Below are positions 30,808 to 32,000 of a stretch of 32,000 nt of DNA, piece by piece. The position numbers and the translations under genes were made by a program. The first letter of the stretch is position 1, and each line of letters begins with the position of its first letter. The stretch lies in NCBI RefSeq assembly GCF_012911975.1, contig NZ_SMDQ01000033.1, forward strand, positions 13,533 to 45,532, in the 5' to 3' direction. The notes under the pieces are model-generated. The model was not told the DNA's origin and searched no databases. It saw nothing but the letters and a program-made list of their open reading frames with translations. This stretch comes from Nodosilinea sp. P-1105. Lineage in GTDB: Bacteria > Cyanobacteriota > Cyanobacteriia > Phormidesmidales > Phormidesmidaceae.

Positions 30808-31971
30808 CTACAGGGTCCGGGTTTCTAAGGGCAAAAATACAGTCAACACTTCCCCGGTTTGGGGCCGCTGGCGCACAATTAGCTTGCCCCCTAGGGCCTG
30901 AAACAGGTTTTTGGTGGCATGTAAATTCAAACTGAGGCCACCGGTTTCGGGCTGAAACATCAGCAGCTGCCCTAGGGCCTTAAAGGGCGACGACAGCAGC
31001 TCATCGGTATCACTAGGGGTATCGGCAGGGGGCTGCGACTGAAATTGCAACTTGAGTTGGTGTCCGGCCAAGGTCACCGCTAGTTTGATGTGGCTGTAAG
31101 GGGGCAAGCTGTGGGTAAAGCGATCAATCAGGCCCGTCAGGACCTGGGTCAGCATCGTTGGGTCGCTATGGACCATCGGCAGCTGGGCAGGCACATTCAC
31201 GGTCAACGTCAGATTGCGCTGGCTAGCCTGCTGTTGCCAGCGGGGAATCGCATCCTCAAACAACTGGTTGAGGGAAATCGCGGACAGGGGAGATTTAGGC
31301 CGCTTGACGGTGTCGGTTTCCAGCTCTACCGCTCGAAAAATCAAGTTAAACCGATCGATTTGCTGGGTACATTCCCGATCGATCAACCGCAGTCGTTTAG
31401 CCACATCTTCGCCCACATCCCGGCGTTTCAACAGCGATCGGGTCAGGGTGCGGATGGTGGTCAAAGGGGTGCGAATTTCATGGGCCATGGCCTTCAGCAA
31501 CTCGGTATCGCTACCGAGCTCAGGCGAGCTACTGGCTGTAGCCGACATCAAAGGCCGCCGCTCGGCGGCGGAAAATCTCTCGGGCTCTGGATGTTGGAAG
31601 GCGGCCAACGCCGGCCGATCGGGCAGGTCTAACTGGGCAAACTGCACTGGCGACATCGCCGACGATAGACTGGGCGGCGGGATTTGGCGCAGTTGCTGCA
31701 TCAGCAAATGACTGTACCGGGTAACCAGCCGGTAGTCGGGTACCACAGGTGGAAACTGGCTGATCGCTTGGTCGACCAGGGGCAACAGGGGAGGCCGCAC
31801 GGCCGCAATTCGATGGCGCAACTGGCCCCATACCGCCTGAGCCACCCCAGGGTCAAACGAAAACTGAAACGGTTGATGCTGCCCCAGCAGCAGTACCAGA
31901 CTGAAGTCTTGGGTCAACACCAGGCAAAATCGCTCCCGCGTCAGGGGATCATCGGTCCCCACCGGAATCAT
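30808..31971 (-). CDS. Histidine-kinase-like protein with degenerate ATPase domain (possibly DICT-type N-terminal sensor); probably 5'-truncated by the window edge
   Basis: H-box 'LLKAMAHEIRTPLTTIRTL' is present. The expected N-box Asn and G1 DxGxG are not recognisable ('LTQVLTGLIDRFTHSL', 'LQFQSQPPADTPSD'); only a G2-like 'ETGGLSLNL...LGGKLIV' remains. The reading frame stays open from 31971 to base 32000. Confidence 0.7.
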   Translation of the reverse strand: MIPVGTDDPLTRERFCLVLTQDFSLVLLLGQHQPFQFSFDPGVAQAVWGQLRHRIAAVRPPLLPLVDQAISQFPPVVPDYRLVTRYSHLLMQQLRQIPPPSLSSAMSPVQFAQLDLPDRPALAAFQHPEPERFSAAERRPLMSATASSSPELGSDTELLKAMAHEIRTPLTTIRTLTRSLLKRRDVGEDVAKRLRLIDRECTQQIDRFNLIFRAVELETDTVKRPKSPLSAISLNQLFEDAIPRWQQQASQRNLTLTVNVPAQLPMVHSDPTMLTQVLTGLIDRFTHSLPPYSHIKLAVTLAGHQLKLQFQSQPPADTPSDTDELLSSPFKALGQLLMFQPETGGLSLNLHATKNLFQALGGKLIVRQRPQTGEVLTVFLPLETRTL

Positions 31972-32000
31972 CTGTAAATCCCCCTTCAGGGACTGGGTGC

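Overview
This is a GC-rich cyanobacterial chromosome segment. Cyanobacterial markers are many HIP1 octamers (GCGATCGC, e.g. 1714-1721, 3335-3342, 4213-4220, 14882-14889, 18435-18442), RuBisCO accumulation factor Raf1, and the arginine dihydrolase ArgZ/AgrE. The flanks (1-11 kb and 21.7-32 kb) are ordinary housekeeping genes: a HAD hydrolase, a PEP-utilizing enzyme, ComF, a cell-wall amidase, MscS, ArgZ, gluconokinase, a ferrochelatase-family protein with a poly-His tail, an alpha/beta hydrolase, an RCK-gated channel, Raf1, tRNA-Ala(GGC), a 2Fe-2S ferredoxin, a DUF185 methyltransferase and a histidine-kinase-like protein. The centre (about 11.2-21.7 kb) is accessory-like and heavily rearranged. 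It holds: (1) a peroxiredoxin paralog lacking the catalytic Cys. (2) Two ~145-bp direct repeats bracketing a 5.7-kb block. (3) A perfect 44-bp palindrome. (4) A family of small MITE-like elements with CTAGTAC...GTACTAG ends; one copy splits a DUF362 gene, and two inverted copies bracket a CusRS/CopRS-type two-component operon plus a divergent secreted repeat protein of unknown function, with a CusR-box-like palindrome between them. (5) The most interesting candidate system: a separately encoded TIR effector carrying a C-terminal adaptor-like helical domain, followed by an NB-ARC (STAND) NTPase fused to ten near-identical 42-aa TPR units. This looks like a split, NLR-like conflict/defense module. 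All domain calls come from motifs read in the translations; no database search was possible.
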